Position numbers and translations under genes: made by a program
Source of the DNA: Bdellovibrio sp.
GTDB lineage: Bacteria; Bdellovibrionota; Bdellovibrionia; Bdellovibrionales; Bdellovibrionaceae
NCBI GenBank assembly: GCA_036676395.1
Contig: JAKFCY010000002.1
Coordinates: 1,248,001-1,312,000 of the forward strand
Length of the DNA stretch: 64,000 nt
Direction of reading: 5' to 3'
Shown here: positions 1 through 11,398 of the stretch, piece after piece
Numbering within the stretch: the first letter of the stretch is position 1
How the letters are laid out: the number at the start of each line of letters is the position of its first letter
The notes under the pieces: model-generated
What the model was told of the DNA's origin: nothing
Seen by the model: the letters and a program-made list of their open reading frames with translations, nothing else
The model's database searches: none

Positions 1-1
1 T

Positions 2-1933
2 ATTGCCGGAATATTTTTAGTTTCTCGCCTATTTAAAGAAAAAATCGAAATCAGATACAATATGTGGGTTTGGGGATTATTGATTTATCTTGCCGCCTAT
101 ATGTTGTCATTTGCATTTGCAGGCCATCATTATAGTTCGCTATGGGGAGTGCTAAATCTTCCTGCCGGGTCAGTGATGACGGTTACAACATTTGTTATTA
201 TGTCTTTGATATCGGTGCAAATCTTTTCGCACGAACATTCATTAAAAAAACTAGCGGCCTGTTTTGTTTTCTGTGCTTTTTTAATGTCGCTTTATGGAAT
301 CCTTCAGCATTTTGGCGGTGATCCGATCAAATGGTGGGTCTATGCTTCTATGGAAGAGCGCGCTCTATCAACGATGGGTCAGTCTGTAGGTTATGGTACG
401 GTGCTTGGCTGTTGTTTACCTTTATGTTTTGCTTTTTTTATTACCGCGCAGAATAGAAAAAAAGCAATTCTATGGGCGATTACATTTATCTGTATGAATC
501 TTGGAATTTTATATTCAGGTTCACGTTTGCCGATTCTTGCTTATTTTCTTGTGATGGTGATCTTCTTAGGTTTTCTGGCTATTTTTAAAAGAAAACTCGC
601 TGCTATTAGCTGGAAGCGTATTGCCATTGCCTATGCCATTATTATTTTAGCTAATGTGGCTTACTTTGCAGAACCTGGTCAGAACTCATTGCAGAATAAA
701 CTTGGCGCTGAAGAAATCAAAAATGGCTATGGTACGCGATTTATTGTTTGGGGCACAGCGTTCGAAATGTGGAAGAAAAATCCATGGCTTGGCGTGGGCC
801 CAGAGAACTTCGGTGAAGAATTCAACCACTTACAAACTGTTGAACAAAACTATGGTGAAAGCTGGAATCTTATTTGGCATAAGGCGCATAATGAATTTAT
901 TCATTATTTAGCTACGACCGGGATTATTGGCTTTGCAGCTTACTTTTGGTTAATTATTTTAATGTTTATACCCGTCTTTAAAATTTTATTTCGTAAAGAG
1001 TGGGAAACTGATTACGTTTTTACAGTGGCCCTATTAGGAGGCTTTGGATTTTTATTAGCCACTCATATGACGGCATTTAGTTTTATTCCGACGTTAATGT
1101 TTTTCTATCTTTTTCCAGCGATGAATTTCAGTTTCGCAAATTTAGAAAAAACAAAAACCATTGAAAATAAATTATCAAAAACAGGTCGCTACATTGCAGT
1201 GGGAACAGTTACAGTGTTATTGACGTTTGTTGTTTATAAAGTAAATAACATTTGGCAAGCAGACATGAATTACAATGATTCGCGAAGACAGCTTGTGAAT
1301 TATGGCAATTTTGATAAAGCCAACGAGCTATTAGAAACGGCGATTAAGCAAAATCCGGGCAATGCTGAATATTGGTGTTTTAGAGCCGATATCTATTATA
1401 ACTTTTTAGTGCGTTCGGTGCGTGAACAAGGAGCGGCAGCAGAAGCTAAAAAACGCCAAATGTTTGATGAGGTCGTGAAGTCTTCAGATACGTGTGTGAA
1501 GATGGATGATCGCAAATCAGATCTATGGCGCGCCCGTGGAACGCTATTTATGTCGTTATCACAAATGGTTCCGCAAATGCTTGAAGGAAGCCTTGCCGCA
1601 TTTAAAAAGGCTGTCGAAGTGTATCCGAATAACCCATATAATCATATTTCTGTGGCCGGAGTGTATCGTCGTAAGGGGCGCAATGATTTGGCCATTGAAG
1701 AATTAAATATCGCTATCAGTAAACGCAGAGACATCATTCCGGCATACGTGGATTTGTTAAGTATTTATTATCAGGATAAGCGTTATAAAGATGTTCAAGA
1801 TCTGATAAATTCAGTGCGTGCTTTGAATATTCAAAAATCTGAGTTTCGTGTGCACATGCCAGTTATTATAAAACTAGCACGTGATAACAACGACCCTCAA
1901 ACAGCTCAAGCTTTTGAGTCGATGTTAAAATAA
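2..1933 (+). CDS. O-antigen ligase / O-oligosaccharyltransferase (Wzy_C) membrane protein with C-terminal TPR repeats; 5'-partial
   Basis: Frame is open from position 2. Many TM helices, 'LYSGSR', 'R..W..A..MW..NPWLGVGPENF' and 'KAHNEFIHYLATTGIIG' motifs, TPR-like C-terminus. Confidence 0.85.
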   Translation: MAGIFLVSRLFKEKIEIRYNMWVWGLLIYLAAYMLSFAFAGHHYSSLWGVLNLPAGSVMTVTTFVIMSLISVQIFSHEHSLKKLAACFVFCAFLMSLYGILQHFGGDPIKWWVYASMEERALSTMGQSVGYGTVLGCCLPLCFAFFITAQNRKKAILWAITFICMNLGILYSGSRLPILAYFLVMVIFLGFLAIFKRKLAAISWKRIAIAYAIIILANVAYFAEPGQNSLQNKLGAEEIKNGYGTRFIVWGTAFEMWKKNPWLGVGPENFGEEFNHLQTVEQNYGESWNLIWHKAHNEFIHYLATTGIIGFAAYFWLIILMFIPVFKILFRKEWETDYVFTVALLGGFGFLLATHMTAFSFIPTLMFFYLFPAMNFSFANLEKTKTIENKLSKTGRYIAVGTVTVLLTFVVYKVNNIWQADMNYNDSRRQLVNYGNFDKANELLETAIKQNPGNAEYWCFRADIYYNFLVRSVREQGAAAEAKKRQMFDEVVKSSDTCVKMDDRKSDLWRARGTLFMSLSQMVPQMLEGSLAAFKKAVEVYPNNPYNHISVAGVYRRKGRNDLAIEELNIAISKRRDIIPAYVDLLSIYYQDKRYKDVQDLINSVRALNIQKSEFRVHMPVIIKLARDNNDPQTAQAFESMLK

Positions 1934-2587
1934 TTATCTAACTAAAGTAATGCCCTCATCAGATACACTGATGAGGCGCTGCTTATACAAGCCGCCCAAA
2001 GCAACTTTGTATTTCTTTTTGCTAGCTCCAAAAATTTCATATATTTTTTCGGGGCTTGTTTTGTCATTTATAGCTAAAAAACCACCAGCTTTTTTAAGCT
2101 GTTCGATGATTTTTTCGCCGATATCTTGAGTTGCATGATGCCCAGGAGCACGTAATAAAAGGTCAATTTTATTATCTTCACGCAGTTTTGAAATAAACCC
2201 CTTAGTATGTTGACCAGTTTGCAGTGGAGTAAATACTTCATTTTTGTAAAGCATGCCGATTTTAGCGCCATCCACGATGCACTTATAACCTAATGGTGTC
2301 TCGTTAATGATAAATAAATCGACCTGTTGGCCAGGCTTTAAACCTTTTAAATCGGCGTTAGCGTGCTTTTCTAAGCGCATAGAAGCTAATAAGTCACGTT
2401 TGCCATTGGGATCCTCGCCCATAAACAACACAGTCATGATCTCGTTACCAACAGAAAGTTTATGCGTTTGTTCGCTCGCGGGCATGAAAAACTGATTTTG
2501 TTCATTGTCTTCTAAGGTGACCTCGTACGAGTTCATATCATTAACAAAAAGATTAAGAAAAGTGCCTGGCTTGTAAGTCATAAACAT
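1934..2587 (-). CDS. CvfB-family S1 RNA-binding protein with C-terminal winged helix (shortened)
   Basis: 'GMLYKNEVF', 'REDNKIDL', 'INDKTSPEKIYEIFGASKKKYKVALGGLYKQRLI'. Confidence 0.88.
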   Translation of the reverse strand: MFMTYKPGTFLNLFVNDMNSYEVTLEDNEQNQFFMPASEQTHKLSVGNEIMTVLFMGEDPNGKRDLLASMRLEKHANADLKGLKPGQQVDLFIINETPLGYKCIVDGAKIGMLYKNEVFTPLQTGQHTKGFISKLREDNKIDLLLRAPGHHATQDIGEKIIEQLKKAGGFLAINDKTSPEKIYEIFGASKKKYKVALGGLYKQRLISVSDEGITLVR

Positions 2588-2684
2588 CAGATACAGCGCT
2601 TGCGATAGAAAGTAAAAGACATTATAGTTTAGAGACTCACTTTGTGAAAAATTTTAACTCCACTTTTAAGGAATCGTACGGCCT

Positions 2685-3635
2685 ATGAAAGTTCTAGAAC
2701 ATATCGATCGTGCTGCGGGCAAATCACCTCTTTTTAGCTATGAAATAGTTCCTCCACCAAGAGGCAGTTCTGCTAAAGACATCGTTGACGTCGTAGAAAA
2801 ATTAGCTGTCTTGCAACCGCCATGGATCGATGTGACTTCGCATTCGTCTTCGGCCTTTTATCAAGAAAAACAAGACGGGACGATCCAAAAGCGCACTTTG
2901 CGTAAACGCCCTGGAATGCTTGGTATTTGTGGGATCATTCAAAACCGCTTTAAAATTGATACAGTTGCTCACATGTTATGCCTGGGTTTTTCGAAAGAAG
3001 AAACCGAAGATGCATTAATTGAGTTAAATTTCTTAGGCATTGAAAACATCTTAGCTTTGCGCGGGGATGCGCCTAATTTTTCAAAACCTATTCGTGCTGA
3101 TCGCACGATGAATGCACAAGCTTCGGATTTGGTAAAACAGGTGCGTGAACTTCGTGATGGCCAGTTTTTAGATGATCTAGATAATTCATCGGCTTTAAAC
3201 TTCTGTGTAGGTGTTGCTGGTTATCCTGAAAAACATTTTGAAGCGCCAAGTTTAAAATTAGACATTCAAAATTTAAAGAAAAAAGTTGATGCCGGCGCTG
3301 ACTACATCGTAACGCAAATGTTTTTTGATAATAAAAAATATTTTGAGTTTGTTTCTCAATGCCGCGATGAAGGTATTAAAATACCCATTATTCCTGGTCT
3401 TAAGATGTTAAGATCTGAGCCGCAATTACGGTCTATTCCAAAAAATTTCTATATTGATATTCCTGATGAACTTGTCGATCAAGTGACCACTCACCCTAAA
3501 ATGGCAGCTGAGCATGGTAAAAACTGGATGAAAAAGCAAGTGCAAGGTCTTTTAGACGGCGGTGTGCCTTATGTGCATTTCTATGTTTTAAATAACGTCG
3601 ACGCCGTTTCTGAAGTTGTTAATAGCTTTCGCTAA
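2685..3635 (+). CDS. metF: 5,10-methylenetetrahydrofolate reductase
   Basis: 'FSYEIVPP', 'ILALRGD', 'VAGYPEKH', '[17 protein letters not shown]', 'HFYVLN'; directly upstream of metH. Confidence 0.95.
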   Translation: MKVLEHIDRAAGKSPLFSYEIVPPPRGSSAKDIVDVVEKLAVLQPPWIDVTSHSSSAFYQEKQDGTIQKRTLRKRPGMLGICGIIQNRFKIDTVAHMLCLGFSKEETEDALIELNFLGIENILALRGDAPNFSKPIRADRTMNAQASDLVKQVRELRDGQFLDDLDNSSALNFCVGVAGYPEKHFEAPSLKLDIQNLKKKVDAGADYIVTQMFFDNKKYFEFVSQCRDEGIKIPIIPGLKMLRSEPQLRSIPKNFYIDIPDELVDQVTTHPKMAAEHGKNWMKKQVQGLLDGGVPYVHFYVLNNVDAVSEVVNSFR

Positions 3636-3646
3636 GGAATAATACT

Positions 3647-6600
3647 TTGAGCACATTACAAGAATTAAAAGATATTTTCAGCTCGCGCGTGGCGTTTATC
3701 GATGGTGCCATGGGCACGATGATTCAGTTAGAAAAATTATCTGAAGCTGATTACCGTGGTGAGCAATTTAAATCTCATGATAAAGACCTTAAGGGTAATA
3801 ACGATTTATTAGTTCTGACTAAGCCAGAAGTAATCTACAAAATTCATAAAGCTTACTTAGATGCCGGTGCTGATATTATTGAGACGAATACGTTCAACTC
3901 AACCAGTGTTGCTCAGGAAGATTACGGCTTAAGCCATATCGCTTTTGAATTAAATAAAGTAGCGGCAGAGGTGGCTAAAAAAGCCTGCGCTGATTTGTTT
4001 AAAGAAACAGGTCGAAAAGGCTACGTGGCAGGAACTCTTGGGCCCACGAATAAGACAGCCTCGCTAAGCCCGGATGTTAATAATCCAGCTTACCGTGCCA
4101 TTAAATTTGATGAGCTAGTTGCAACCTACAAAGAACAAATCGAAGGCTTACTGGCCGGCGGTTGCGATATTATCTTAGTTGAAACTATCTTTGACACGTT
4201 AAATGCGAAAGCGGCTTTATATGCTTTTGCTGATGTGAACGAAAAACATGGCGGAACAATTCCGTTAATGATTTCTGTTACGATCACAGATCTGAGCGGT
4301 CGCACGTTATCAGGCCAAACTGTTGAAGCTTTCTGGAACAGTATTTCGCACGCAAAACCACTAAGCGTTGGCATCAACTGCGCCCTTGGTGCTCGTGAAA
4401 TGCGCCCGTATATTAAAGAATTATCGCGCGTAGCTGATTGTTATATTTCTTGTTATCCGAATGCGGGCCTTCCTAATCCGTTGTCTCCGACAGGGTATGA
4501 TGAAACTCCTGAGTCATTGGCGTTTGATTTAGGTCAGATGATCGATGATGGTGCTGTTAATATTATTGGTGGCTGTTGCGGAACGACGCCAAAGCACATC
4601 GCAGCCCTTGTGGCGAATCACAAAGTTCGCAAAGGTCGCAACGAAACTGAATGGGCAAAGATCAATAAAAGCTGCCTGAACTTATCTGGCTTAGAACCGT
4701 TCAAACATGGCGCAAACTTTACCATGATCGGTGAGCGCACAAACGTAACCGGTTCAAAAAAGTTTGCTAACTTAATTAAAGATAAAAAATTTGACCAGGC
4801 CTTAGAAGTTGCAAAACAACAAGTTGAAAACGGCGCAAATATCATCGATATCAATTTTGATGAAGGTTTGCTGGATTCAAAAAATGTCATGATTCATTTC
4901 TTAAATTTATTAGCGGCAGAACCTGATATTGCTAAAGTTCCGATTATGGTGGATTCATCTAAATGGGAAGTCTTGCACGCCGGTCTTAAATGTTTACAAG
5001 GTAAAGCCGTAGTTAATTCAATCTCGCTTAAAGAGGGTGAAGAAGTTTTCTTAATGCAAGCCCGCGAAGTACAAAAGCTGGGTGCGGCAGTGATCGTTAT
5101 GGCCTTTGATGAAAACGGCCAAGCAGTAACTTGTGAAGAAAAAGTGCGTATTTGTAAACGTGCTTACGCACTATTAACTGAAAAATTAGATTTTAATCCC
5201 TGCGATATTATTTTTGATACCAATATCTTAACCGTAGGTACGGGTTTGGAAGAACATAACAACTACGGTGTTGAATTCATCAATGCCGTTCGTGAAGTTA
5301 AACAGCAATGCCCAGGGGTATGGACAAGTGGCGGTGTATCAAACTTAAGTTTTGCCTTCCGTGGTCAAGATTTCATCCGCGAAACGATGCACTCAGTTTT
5401 CTTATACCACGCCATTCAAAATGGTTTAGACATGGGTATCGTTAATGCCGGGATGATTTCTGTTTATGATGATATTAAACCAGAATTAAGAAATCTTCTT
5501 GAAGACATGGTCTTAAATCGCACTGATGATAGTACTGAGAAATTATTAGAGTATTCAAAAACCATCGGCCATAAAGCTGGAACCAAGATTGATGATTCAA
5601 GTAAATTAGAGTGGCGTAATCTTCCTTTAGAAGAAAGATTAAAACATTCTTTAGTGCTTGGCTTAGATCAGTTTATTAATGAAGACACAGCCGAAGCCCT
5701 AACTTTATTAGGACGCCCGATCAACGTGATCGAAGGCCCGTTAATGTCGGGTATGAAAGTGGTCGGTGATTTATTCGGCGTCGGTAAAATGTTTTTACCT
5801 CAGGTTGTTAAATCAGCGCGTGTAATGAAAAAAGCCGTGGCTTACTTAGAGCCCTTCTTATTAGAAGAAAAACTTAAAAATAAAGACATCACTGCCGGAA
5901 ACAAAAAAACCGTATTGATGGCCACCGTAAAAGGTGACGTACATGATATCGGTAAAAATATCGTAGGCGTTGTGCTTGCCTGTAACGGCTATGAAGTGAT
6001 CGATTTGGGAATCATGACCCCATTTCATAAAATTATCGATGCCATTAAAACGCATAAGCCTGATGTTATTGGCTTCAGTGGATTAATCACTCCATCTCTT
6101 GATGAAATGATTTTCAATTTATCTGAAATGAAAAAACAAGACATTCATCTTCCTGTATTAATCGGTGGGGCAACTACTTCACGCGTGCATACGGCAGTTA
6201 AGATGGATCCAGCGTACCTAGGCCCGGTCGTTCATGTGGCCGATGCTTCGCGCACGACTGAAGTTTTAAATAAACTTTTATCAGATGATCACAAAGTTAA
6301 AAATATTGCTGAGTATAAAGCTAATTCACAAACCGTGCGTCAAAGTTTCTTAGATTCTTACGATGAAAAAGACACTCTGCCTTTAGAAGAAGCCAGAGCT
6401 AAAAAATTTAAAGTCGATTGGTCGCAGGCTGATCTTCCGACACCTAAAACAACGGGGGTTCAGGAGCATCATGTTGAGCTTGCAGAACTTGCAGAATACA
6501 TCGATTGGTCTCCGTTTTTCTGGACTTGGGAATTAAAAGGGACTTACCCGAATATTCTTAAATCAGAAAAATACGGAGTAGAGGCGACAAAACTTTTCGA

Positions 6601-7279
6601 TGATGCGCAAAAGATGCTGAATGACTGGATTAAGAATAATCGCATTCAACCTAAGATTGTAACCGGATTATATGAAGCTGTGGCTACAGATGAAGAAGTT
6701 TCGATTTTTGCTGCTGATGATAAGCTGACACTGACTAAATCTGTATTAGAAAAGTTTCATTTCGAGCGTCAACAAAAAGTAAAAACCGTGAACAGCAATA
6801 TCCATTATTCGTTAGCCGATTTTATTTTAGATCAAAAGTACGCCGAAAGTTCAAAAACTTCGAAAAAAGATTATTTCGGATTTTTTGCGGTCACTGCTTC
6901 TGCAAAAGTCGAAGAAATCGCCAATAAATTTGAAGCTGAACATGATGATTACCATTCGATCTTAGCTAAAGCCATTGGTGACCGTATTGCCGAAGCTTGT
7001 GCTGAGTGGGCACACAAAAAAATGCGCGATAATTTTGGCTTTGGTTTAACCGAGAACTTAACCAAAGAAGAGATCATTAAAGAGAAATACCGTGGTATTC
7101 GCCCGGCCCCGGGCTATCCGTCGTGCCCGAACCATTCGCAAAAAGGCAAGTTCTGGAAGCTTTTAGATGTTGAAAAACGCACCCAAATCCAGTTAACTGA
7201 AACCTATGCTATGTACCCAGGGTCGAGTGTTTGTGGGTACTATTTGATGGGAAGCCATGCAAAATACTTCGCTATTTAA
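3647..7279 (+). CDS. metH: Cobalamin-dependent methionine synthase
   Basis: 'DGAMGT', 'GINCALG', 'GGCCGT', '[10 protein letters not shown]', '[10 protein letters not shown]', '[10 protein letters not shown]'. Confidence 0.98.
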   Translation: MSTLQELKDIFSSRVAFIDGAMGTMIQLEKLSEADYRGEQFKSHDKDLKGNNDLLVLTKPEVIYKIHKAYLDAGADIIETNTFNSTSVAQEDYGLSHIAFELNKVAAEVAKKACADLFKETGRKGYVAGTLGPTNKTASLSPDVNNPAYRAIKFDELVATYKEQIEGLLAGGCDIILVETIFDTLNAKAALYAFADVNEKHGGTIPLMISVTITDLSGRTLSGQTVEAFWNSISHAKPLSVGINCALGAREMRPYIKELSRVADCYISCYPNAGLPNPLSPTGYDETPESLAFDLGQMIDDGAVNIIGGCCGTTPKHIAALVANHKVRKGRNETEWAKINKSCLNLSGLEPFKHGANFTMIGERTNVTGSKKFANLIKDKKFDQALEVAKQQVENGANIIDINFDEGLLDSKNVMIHFLNLLAAEPDIAKVPIMVDSSKWEVLHAGLKCLQGKAVVNSISLKEGEEVFLMQAREVQKLGAAVIVMAFDENGQAVTCEEKVRICKRAYALLTEKLDFNPCDIIFDTNILTVGTGLEEHNNYGVEFINAVREVKQQCPGVWTSGGVSNLSFAFRGQDFIRETMHSVFLYHAIQNGLDMGIVNAGMISVYDDIKPELRNLLEDMVLNRTDDSTEKLLEYSKTIGHKAGTKIDDSSKLEWRNLPLEERLKHSLVLGLDQFINEDTAEALTLLGRPINVIEGPLMSGMKVVGDLFGVGKMFLPQVVKSARVMKKAVAYLEPFLLEEKLKNKDITAGNKKTVLMATVKGDVHDIGKNIVGVVLACNGYEVIDLGIMTPFHKIIDAIKTHKPDVIGFSGLITPSLDEMIFNLSEMKKQDIHLPVLIGGATTSRVHTAVKMDPAYLGPVVHVADASRTTEVLNKLLSDDHKVKNIAEYKANSQTVRQSFLDSYDEKDTLPLEEARAKKFKVDWSQADLPTPKTTGVQEHHVELAELAEYIDWSPFFWTWELKGTYPNILKSEKYGVEATKLFDDAQKMLNDWIKNNRIQPKIVTGLYEAVATDEEVSIFAADDKLTLTKSVLEKFHFERQQKVKTVNSNIHYSLADFILDQKYAESSKTSKKDYFGFFAVTASAKVEEIANKFEAEHDDYHSILAKAIGDRIAEACAEWAHKKMRDNFGFGLTENLTKEEIIKEKYRGIRPAPGYPSCPNHSQKGKFWKLLDVEKRTQIQLTETYAMYPGSSVCGYYLMGSHAKYFAI

Positions 7280-8549
7280 GCCTAAACTATTTAAGTCTAA
7301 ATTAGAATTAGCCCTTTTGTTGGTGGGTATTGTTTTGAGTTTATTGATGTTTAGAACATTAATGATTCACACAGATAATACCCAGTTGATGGATAAAGTG
7401 ATGCAGGTTAAAACCACGGGCACGTGGGTGCATCATGGTAATGCCGCAACTAAAATGGGATCACTGCCAGGAAGTTTTTTAACTGCCGCTACGGCCCTTC
7501 CGATGATGGTTTGGTTTTCGCCTTATGCCGCCTGCACGATTATTTTACTTTGTCATTTATTGGGTTATTTTTTCTTAAGATATTTAGGTTATAAGATAGA
7601 CCCTAATTTTAATCCGTTGTGGCTTGTGATTTTTTTTTGGTTAAACCCATGGCGGGTAGAGCAGTCTGAATTATATAATCCGGGGTATTTATTCTTATTT
7701 TCAGGCCTGCATTTGTGGAGTCTTTATCAGATGCGTGAACAGAAATCATTCTGGGCCAGCTTTTGGTTAGCGCTTTGTTTGGGTTTTTGTTTTCAGGTGC
7801 ATTTTTCGGTTTTGATTTTAGGAATTAGTTTTGCTTATTTGTTTTTCACAAAGAAAATCAAAGTGAATTATTGGGGAATCGTCGCTGGTTTAGCACTTGT
7901 TGCGCTATCGTTAGTGCCTTGGGCTTTGCAGTTGTTAGCTCAGCAGCAAACAGCTTTGAAGCCAGCCTCTGATACCTATATTGGCAAGAATTTTGTCTTG
8001 GTTTACCCGGTAATTAAAGCTTTGATTTATTTTTTTAGAATGGGATCAGTTTATTTTGGTCGCCATATTTTTTCTGAAATTAATTTTGATTGGGTTACTA
8101 TTGCTTGGCTTAAGTTAACTATTAGCTACATATTTCATACTTTAAAATGGGTATTAGCTTTGGTTACGCTTGTTTTATCTTTTCGGTTTTTTTACAGCCG
8201 TTTTCGCCATTATAAAAAAGAATTTCAACAAAGAAGTTTTATCGATCATTACATGATCTCGCTTTTTATTGGGGTATTCGGCGCAGCCAGCTTATCGCCA
8301 GTTGAATTCAACCACTGGCATTTTGTGTTATGTATGCCGGCGATCTTATTTTATATCACGCTTAAGCCTGAAGGTTATTTTATTAAAATCTGGGATAAGA
8401 AAAAAAATCAGATTTTAGCGACAACGGCCGTGGTTTTTATAGTTTGGAATATCTTTGCTAGTTTTGGCAGTCGTTCGCATTCGATTGAAAACGACTATGA
8501 GCTGGGTTTTAAGAAACACTATAAGCTGATTTCAGCTGAGCAGTTATAA
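7257..8549 (+). CDS. Polytopic membrane protein, possibly GT-C (ArnT/PMT-like) glycosyltransferase
   Basis: 430-aa ORF with about 10 hydrophobic segments and an N-terminal periplasmic loop 'HTDN'; overlaps the metH end by 23 bp. Confidence 0.5.
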   Translation: MQNTSLFKPKLFKSKLELALLLVGIVLSLLMFRTLMIHTDNTQLMDKVMQVKTTGTWVHHGNAATKMGSLPGSFLTAATALPMMVWFSPYAACTIILLCHLLGYFFLRYLGYKIDPNFNPLWLVIFFWLNPWRVEQSELYNPGYLFLFSGLHLWSLYQMREQKSFWASFWLALCLGFCFQVHFSVLILGISFAYLFFTKKIKVNYWGIVAGLALVALSLVPWALQLLAQQQTALKPASDTYIGKNFVLVYPVIKALIYFFRMGSVYFGRHIFSEINFDWVTIAWLKLTISYIFHTLKWVLALVTLVLSFRFFYSRFRHYKKEFQQRSFIDHYMISLFIGVFGAASLSPVEFNHWHFVLCMPAILFYITLKPEGYFIKIWDKKKNQILATTAVVFIVWNIFASFGSRSHSIENDYELGFKKHYKLISAEQL

Positions 8550-8596
8550 TCAGAATTTAAATCTATTGCCGCCACTGTGATTGCTCCGCAAAGCGG

Positions 8597-8686
8597 TTGA
8601 CTTTTTTATTAAAAACATGTAAATAATATGTAAATCAATAGTCTTAATGAAAATTTCATTGAAAAATTCAATAAAATATGTAAAAT
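8597..8686 (+). promoter_or_regulatory. Tandem sigma70-like promoters / operator region of the TA pair
   Basis: TTGACT-N17-TAAATA (8597-8625) and TTGAAA-N16-TAAAAT (8659-8686); ATGTAAA repeated three times; palindrome AATGAAAATTTCATT. Confidence 0.5.
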
Positions 8687-8695
8687 GAGGTAATA

Positions 8696-8938
8696 GTGCA
8701 TAATTCTGAAGTTGTCAGAGATCTGATCGCGAATGGTTTTTACTTATTAACAAAACATGCGCGCGAAAGAATGGCTGAGCGGAATATTACTCATATGGAT
8801 ATTCGTCAGTGTGCACGACATGGCATTATTGATTTGAAAGATGACAGGTATGTTATTGTTGGTAGAGATATCGATGCAGAACTATTAAAAATAATCTGTG
8901 TCTATGACGACGATGTATTAATCATTACAGTTTATTAA
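8696..8938 (+). CDS. DUF4258-family putative toxin
   Basis: 'LTKHARERMAERNIT..DI', 'RYVIVG', C-terminal 'LIITVY'. Confidence 0.85.
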   Translation: MHNSEVVRDLIANGFYLLTKHARERMAERNITHMDIRQCARHGIIDLKDDRYVIVGRDIDAELLKIICVYDDDVLIITVY

Positions 8939-8952
8939 AATCGAGGTTTGAA

Positions 8953-9363
8953 ATGAAAACATGGAAAGAAACATTAAGAAATGTCGTGCCCTTAGAGTAC
9001 ATTGTTTTTGTGGATGTTCCCATGAAAGAATCTAAAAGCGGCGATGTTATTAATTTAGCGCCTGAAGTTTTAGATTTACTAGCAGCTACGGCAGTTTTGC
9101 AGAATAAAATACCATTGCGTGGAAAAGAAGTTTTGTTTTTAAGAAAAGTTTTGGGATTATCTTTAGAAAAATTTGCCAATAAATTAGATTTATCATCAAG
9201 CACGGTTTTTCATTGGGAAAAAGCTGAGACGACCAGAATTTCATTGGTTAGTGAGCTTGCCGTACGAGTTTTTGTTGCTGAACAACTAAATATACCAATT
9301 TCTTATAAATTTTCTGATTTAGTCGGGGACAAGATCTGCGAATTAAAAGTCAAAGCGGTTTAA
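8953..9363 (+). CDS. Xre/HTH putative antitoxin (MqsA-like C-terminal HTH)
   Basis: 'LRGKEVLFLRKVLGLSLEKFANKLDLSSSTVFHWEK'; follows the DUF4258 gene, with GAGG SD. Confidence 0.8.
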   Translation: MKTWKETLRNVVPLEYIVFVDVPMKESKSGDVINLAPEVLDLLAATAVLQNKIPLRGKEVLFLRKVLGLSLEKFANKLDLSSSTVFHWEKAETTRISLVSELAVRVFVAEQLNIPISYKFSDLVGDKICELKVKAV

Positions 9364-9375
9364 AATAAAATTGTT

Positions 9376-9852
9376 TTAAGAAACGCTATAATTTAAACGT
9401 AGGCCCGTAGCTGCGGCTAGAGCAGCCAGTGAGCCAGCAATCCAAAGCGCAAACTCTATCAAGTGAATATCTGGAGCTTGCATCCAGAAAAAACCTGAAG
9501 TAACAGAAAAAATTATTCCTGAAAAAATAAATTTATTCGCAAACAACCATTCTTTTTCTGTGATTTTGAGCGGAAGCCAAATAGCCAATGCACTTGTTAA
9601 AGTTAAAAAAGCACCGCACGCAGCCTGACAGAATTCGTGTGAAACCTGCATAAATAAACTTGTTAAACCATAATGACCATTTGAAAAAAGTCCTAAGCCA
9701 AACTGCGGACAAATGGCCATAACAAAAGCTGTTGCTAGCATATGTATTACCAGTAGACGGGGCAAAAACTTAAAAGGATTCACTTCAGGAAATAAATCTT
9801 TCTTAATATTTTGGAGAATTTTATTTTTGGTACTAAGATCAAAATTTTCCAT
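9376..9852 (-). CDS. Putative membrane anti-sigma factor with Cys/His residues
   Basis: 1 bp downstream of the ECF sigma gene; about 4 TM segments; H..CPQFG...H...HEFCQAACG. Confidence 0.65.
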   Translation of the reverse strand: MENFDLSTKNKILQNIKKDLFPEVNPFKFLPRLLVIHMLATAFVMAICPQFGLGLFSNGHYGLTSLFMQVSHEFCQAACGAFLTLTSALAIWLPLKITEKEWLFANKFIFSGIIFSVTSGFFWMQAPDIHLIEFALWIAGSLAALAAATGLRLNYSVS

Positions 9853-9853
9853 A

Positions 9854-10387
9854 CTATCCTTTTAGCTTTTGTATCGCGCGAGAAATAATTTTTCGCACGT
9901 TAGTTTCAGTTAATCCCAAAGCCTCTGCGATTTCGCTAAATTCTTTTTCAGCAAAATAGCGTAAATCGACTGCCGCTTTTTCTTTGTCATTTAAAGACGA
10001 TAGATCCAGCTCTTTAGCCTCTTGTTGATGAATAGGATTCGTAGTCTTGTTTTGTGACAGATCAGCGAATAATTCATAATCTTTAATATAATCGCCGTAA
10101 ATAGCTGATTTCTTACGATAATCTTTAGCTTCAGATTTTGTAATGATAAATAGCCAGGCCATCGGCGAATAATCTGGGTTGTATTTATCGCGCTTGTTAT
10201 AGATCTGCGAATAAACAATCTGAACAATGTCTTCGCTGTCCTGCGAAGAAAGTCCTTTTTTGCGACAGTACGAAAACACCACATGCGCTGTTTCACGATA
10301 AAACAATTCTAGCGCAGAAGACTGTTCAGTCGAATTGGCTGCATTTTTGAGTGCTAATAAAATATTAGGTCGTAAATCGTTTGTCAC
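9854..10387 (-). CDS. ECF-type RNA polymerase sigma factor
   Basis: 'SEDIVQIVY', 'AWLFIITKSEAKDY' (region 2); 'FSEIAEALGLTETNVRKIISRA' (region 4). Confidence 0.92.
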   Translation of the reverse strand: MTNDLRPNILLALKNAANSTEQSSALELFYRETAHVVFSYCRKKGLSSQDSEDIVQIVYSQIYNKRDKYNPDYSPMAWLFIITKSEAKDYRKKSAIYGDYIKDYELFADLSQNKTTNPIHQQEAKELDLSSLNDKEKAAVDLRYFAEKEFSEIAEALGLTETNVRKIISRAIQKLKG

Positions 10388-10437
10388 AAATCATTATTCC
10401 TAAACCTAGTAGATAGTGAACCGACTTAAGGAGTCAA

Positions 10438-11076
10438 ATGTTAACCCATAAAATTAAAATACTTATAGCCTCAATTGTTTTTTCGGCCTTTCAGCTAAAC
10501 GCTCATCCGGTGATTTATAAAGGTGGTTTCGATGTAGAAACTGAATCTAGTCCTATGATGACTAATCTTATGACCGCTTATACTTTTCATTCGCAGGCGT
10601 CGGTGGGCTTTGAATATTTTAAATACTTACCAGTAAGTTTGCCAGGGTCGCGTGAATTTTATTTTGCTAAATTTAATTACCGGCCATTTCGGTTAAATGC
10701 AGACGATAGTCAGGCTAATATTTATTTAAGTGTTGGTTCAGGCCAGCAGCGCAAAGATAACGAACTTACGAGTTCTTCAATTGGTGAGTTTCATGCGGAC
10801 TGGGAAAGTCGTGATTATTACGTTTCCGGTTTTCAAAAATATATTTCTTTAAAAGATGAAGATCCTTTATGGCTTTCGCGAGCACGCCTAGGTTTTTCTC
10901 CGTTTCGTGCAGATTATAATGACGTAAATATTTGGTTTATTACACAGTTTGAAAAAACAAATGGAGAACATTGGGAAACGACGCCTCTAATGCGAACTTT
11001 TTATAAAAATATTTTGTGGGAACTTGGCGCAAGTCTTAACGGAAATTACCTATTAAATTTCATGATTCATTTATAA
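10438..11076 (+). CDS. Putative outer-membrane beta-barrel / exported protein
   Basis: Signal peptide ending LNA-HPV, alternating amphipathic strands, AAGGAG SD. Confidence 0.6.
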   Translation: MLTHKIKILIASIVFSAFQLNAHPVIYKGGFDVETESSPMMTNLMTAYTFHSQASVGFEYFKYLPVSLPGSREFYFAKFNYRPFRLNADDSQANIYLSVGSGQQRKDNELTSSSIGEFHADWESRDYYVSGFQKYISLKDEDPLWLSRARLGFSPFRADYNDVNIWFITQFEKTNGEHWETTPLMRTFYKNILWELGASLNGNYLLNFMIHL

Positions 11077-11087
11077 GGAGAAATCAT

Positions 11088-11366
11088 ATGAAACAATTAT
11101 TAATCGCTAGCTTATTTTTTTCGTCTATCGCATTTGCCAAACCACTTACGGGCGAAGTGCATGTGCAAGTTAAAGGTATGGTTTGCGCGTTTTGCGCCCA
11201 GGGTTTAACAAAGTCGTTTAAAAAAATCCCAGAAGTGCAAGATGTGACCGTAAGTCTTGAAGGAAAATTTGTTCACTTGGTCTTAAAGAAAGATAAATCT
11301 TTAGAAGATACAAAAATTCTAGAGACGATTAAAGAAGCGGGCTACGAAGGAACTATCGGCCACTAA
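11088..11366 (+). CDS. Periplasmic heavy-metal-associated (HMA, MerP/CopZ-like) protein
   Basis: Signal peptide plus 'VKGMVCAFCA' and 'IKEAGY'. Confidence 0.9.
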   Translation: MKQLLIASLFFSSIAFAKPLTGEVHVQVKGMVCAFCAQGLTKSFKKIPEVQDVTVSLEGKFVHLVLKKDKSLEDTKILETIKEAGYEGTIGH

Positions 11367-11398
11367 CGGTGGTACTAATTTTTAGCAAGAATATTTTC

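Noticed and set aside
2588..2684. SAM or cobalamin riboswitch upstream of metF-metH
   Set aside because: Only 97 bp, shared with a divergent gene, and no recognisable aptamer motifs.
8925..9203. Antisense ORF over the antitoxin, and similar short shadow ORFs inside metH, metG, ppc, the fibre genes and lysC
   Set aside because: They are opposite-strand or alternative-frame shadows of well-supported genes, with no motifs or SD.
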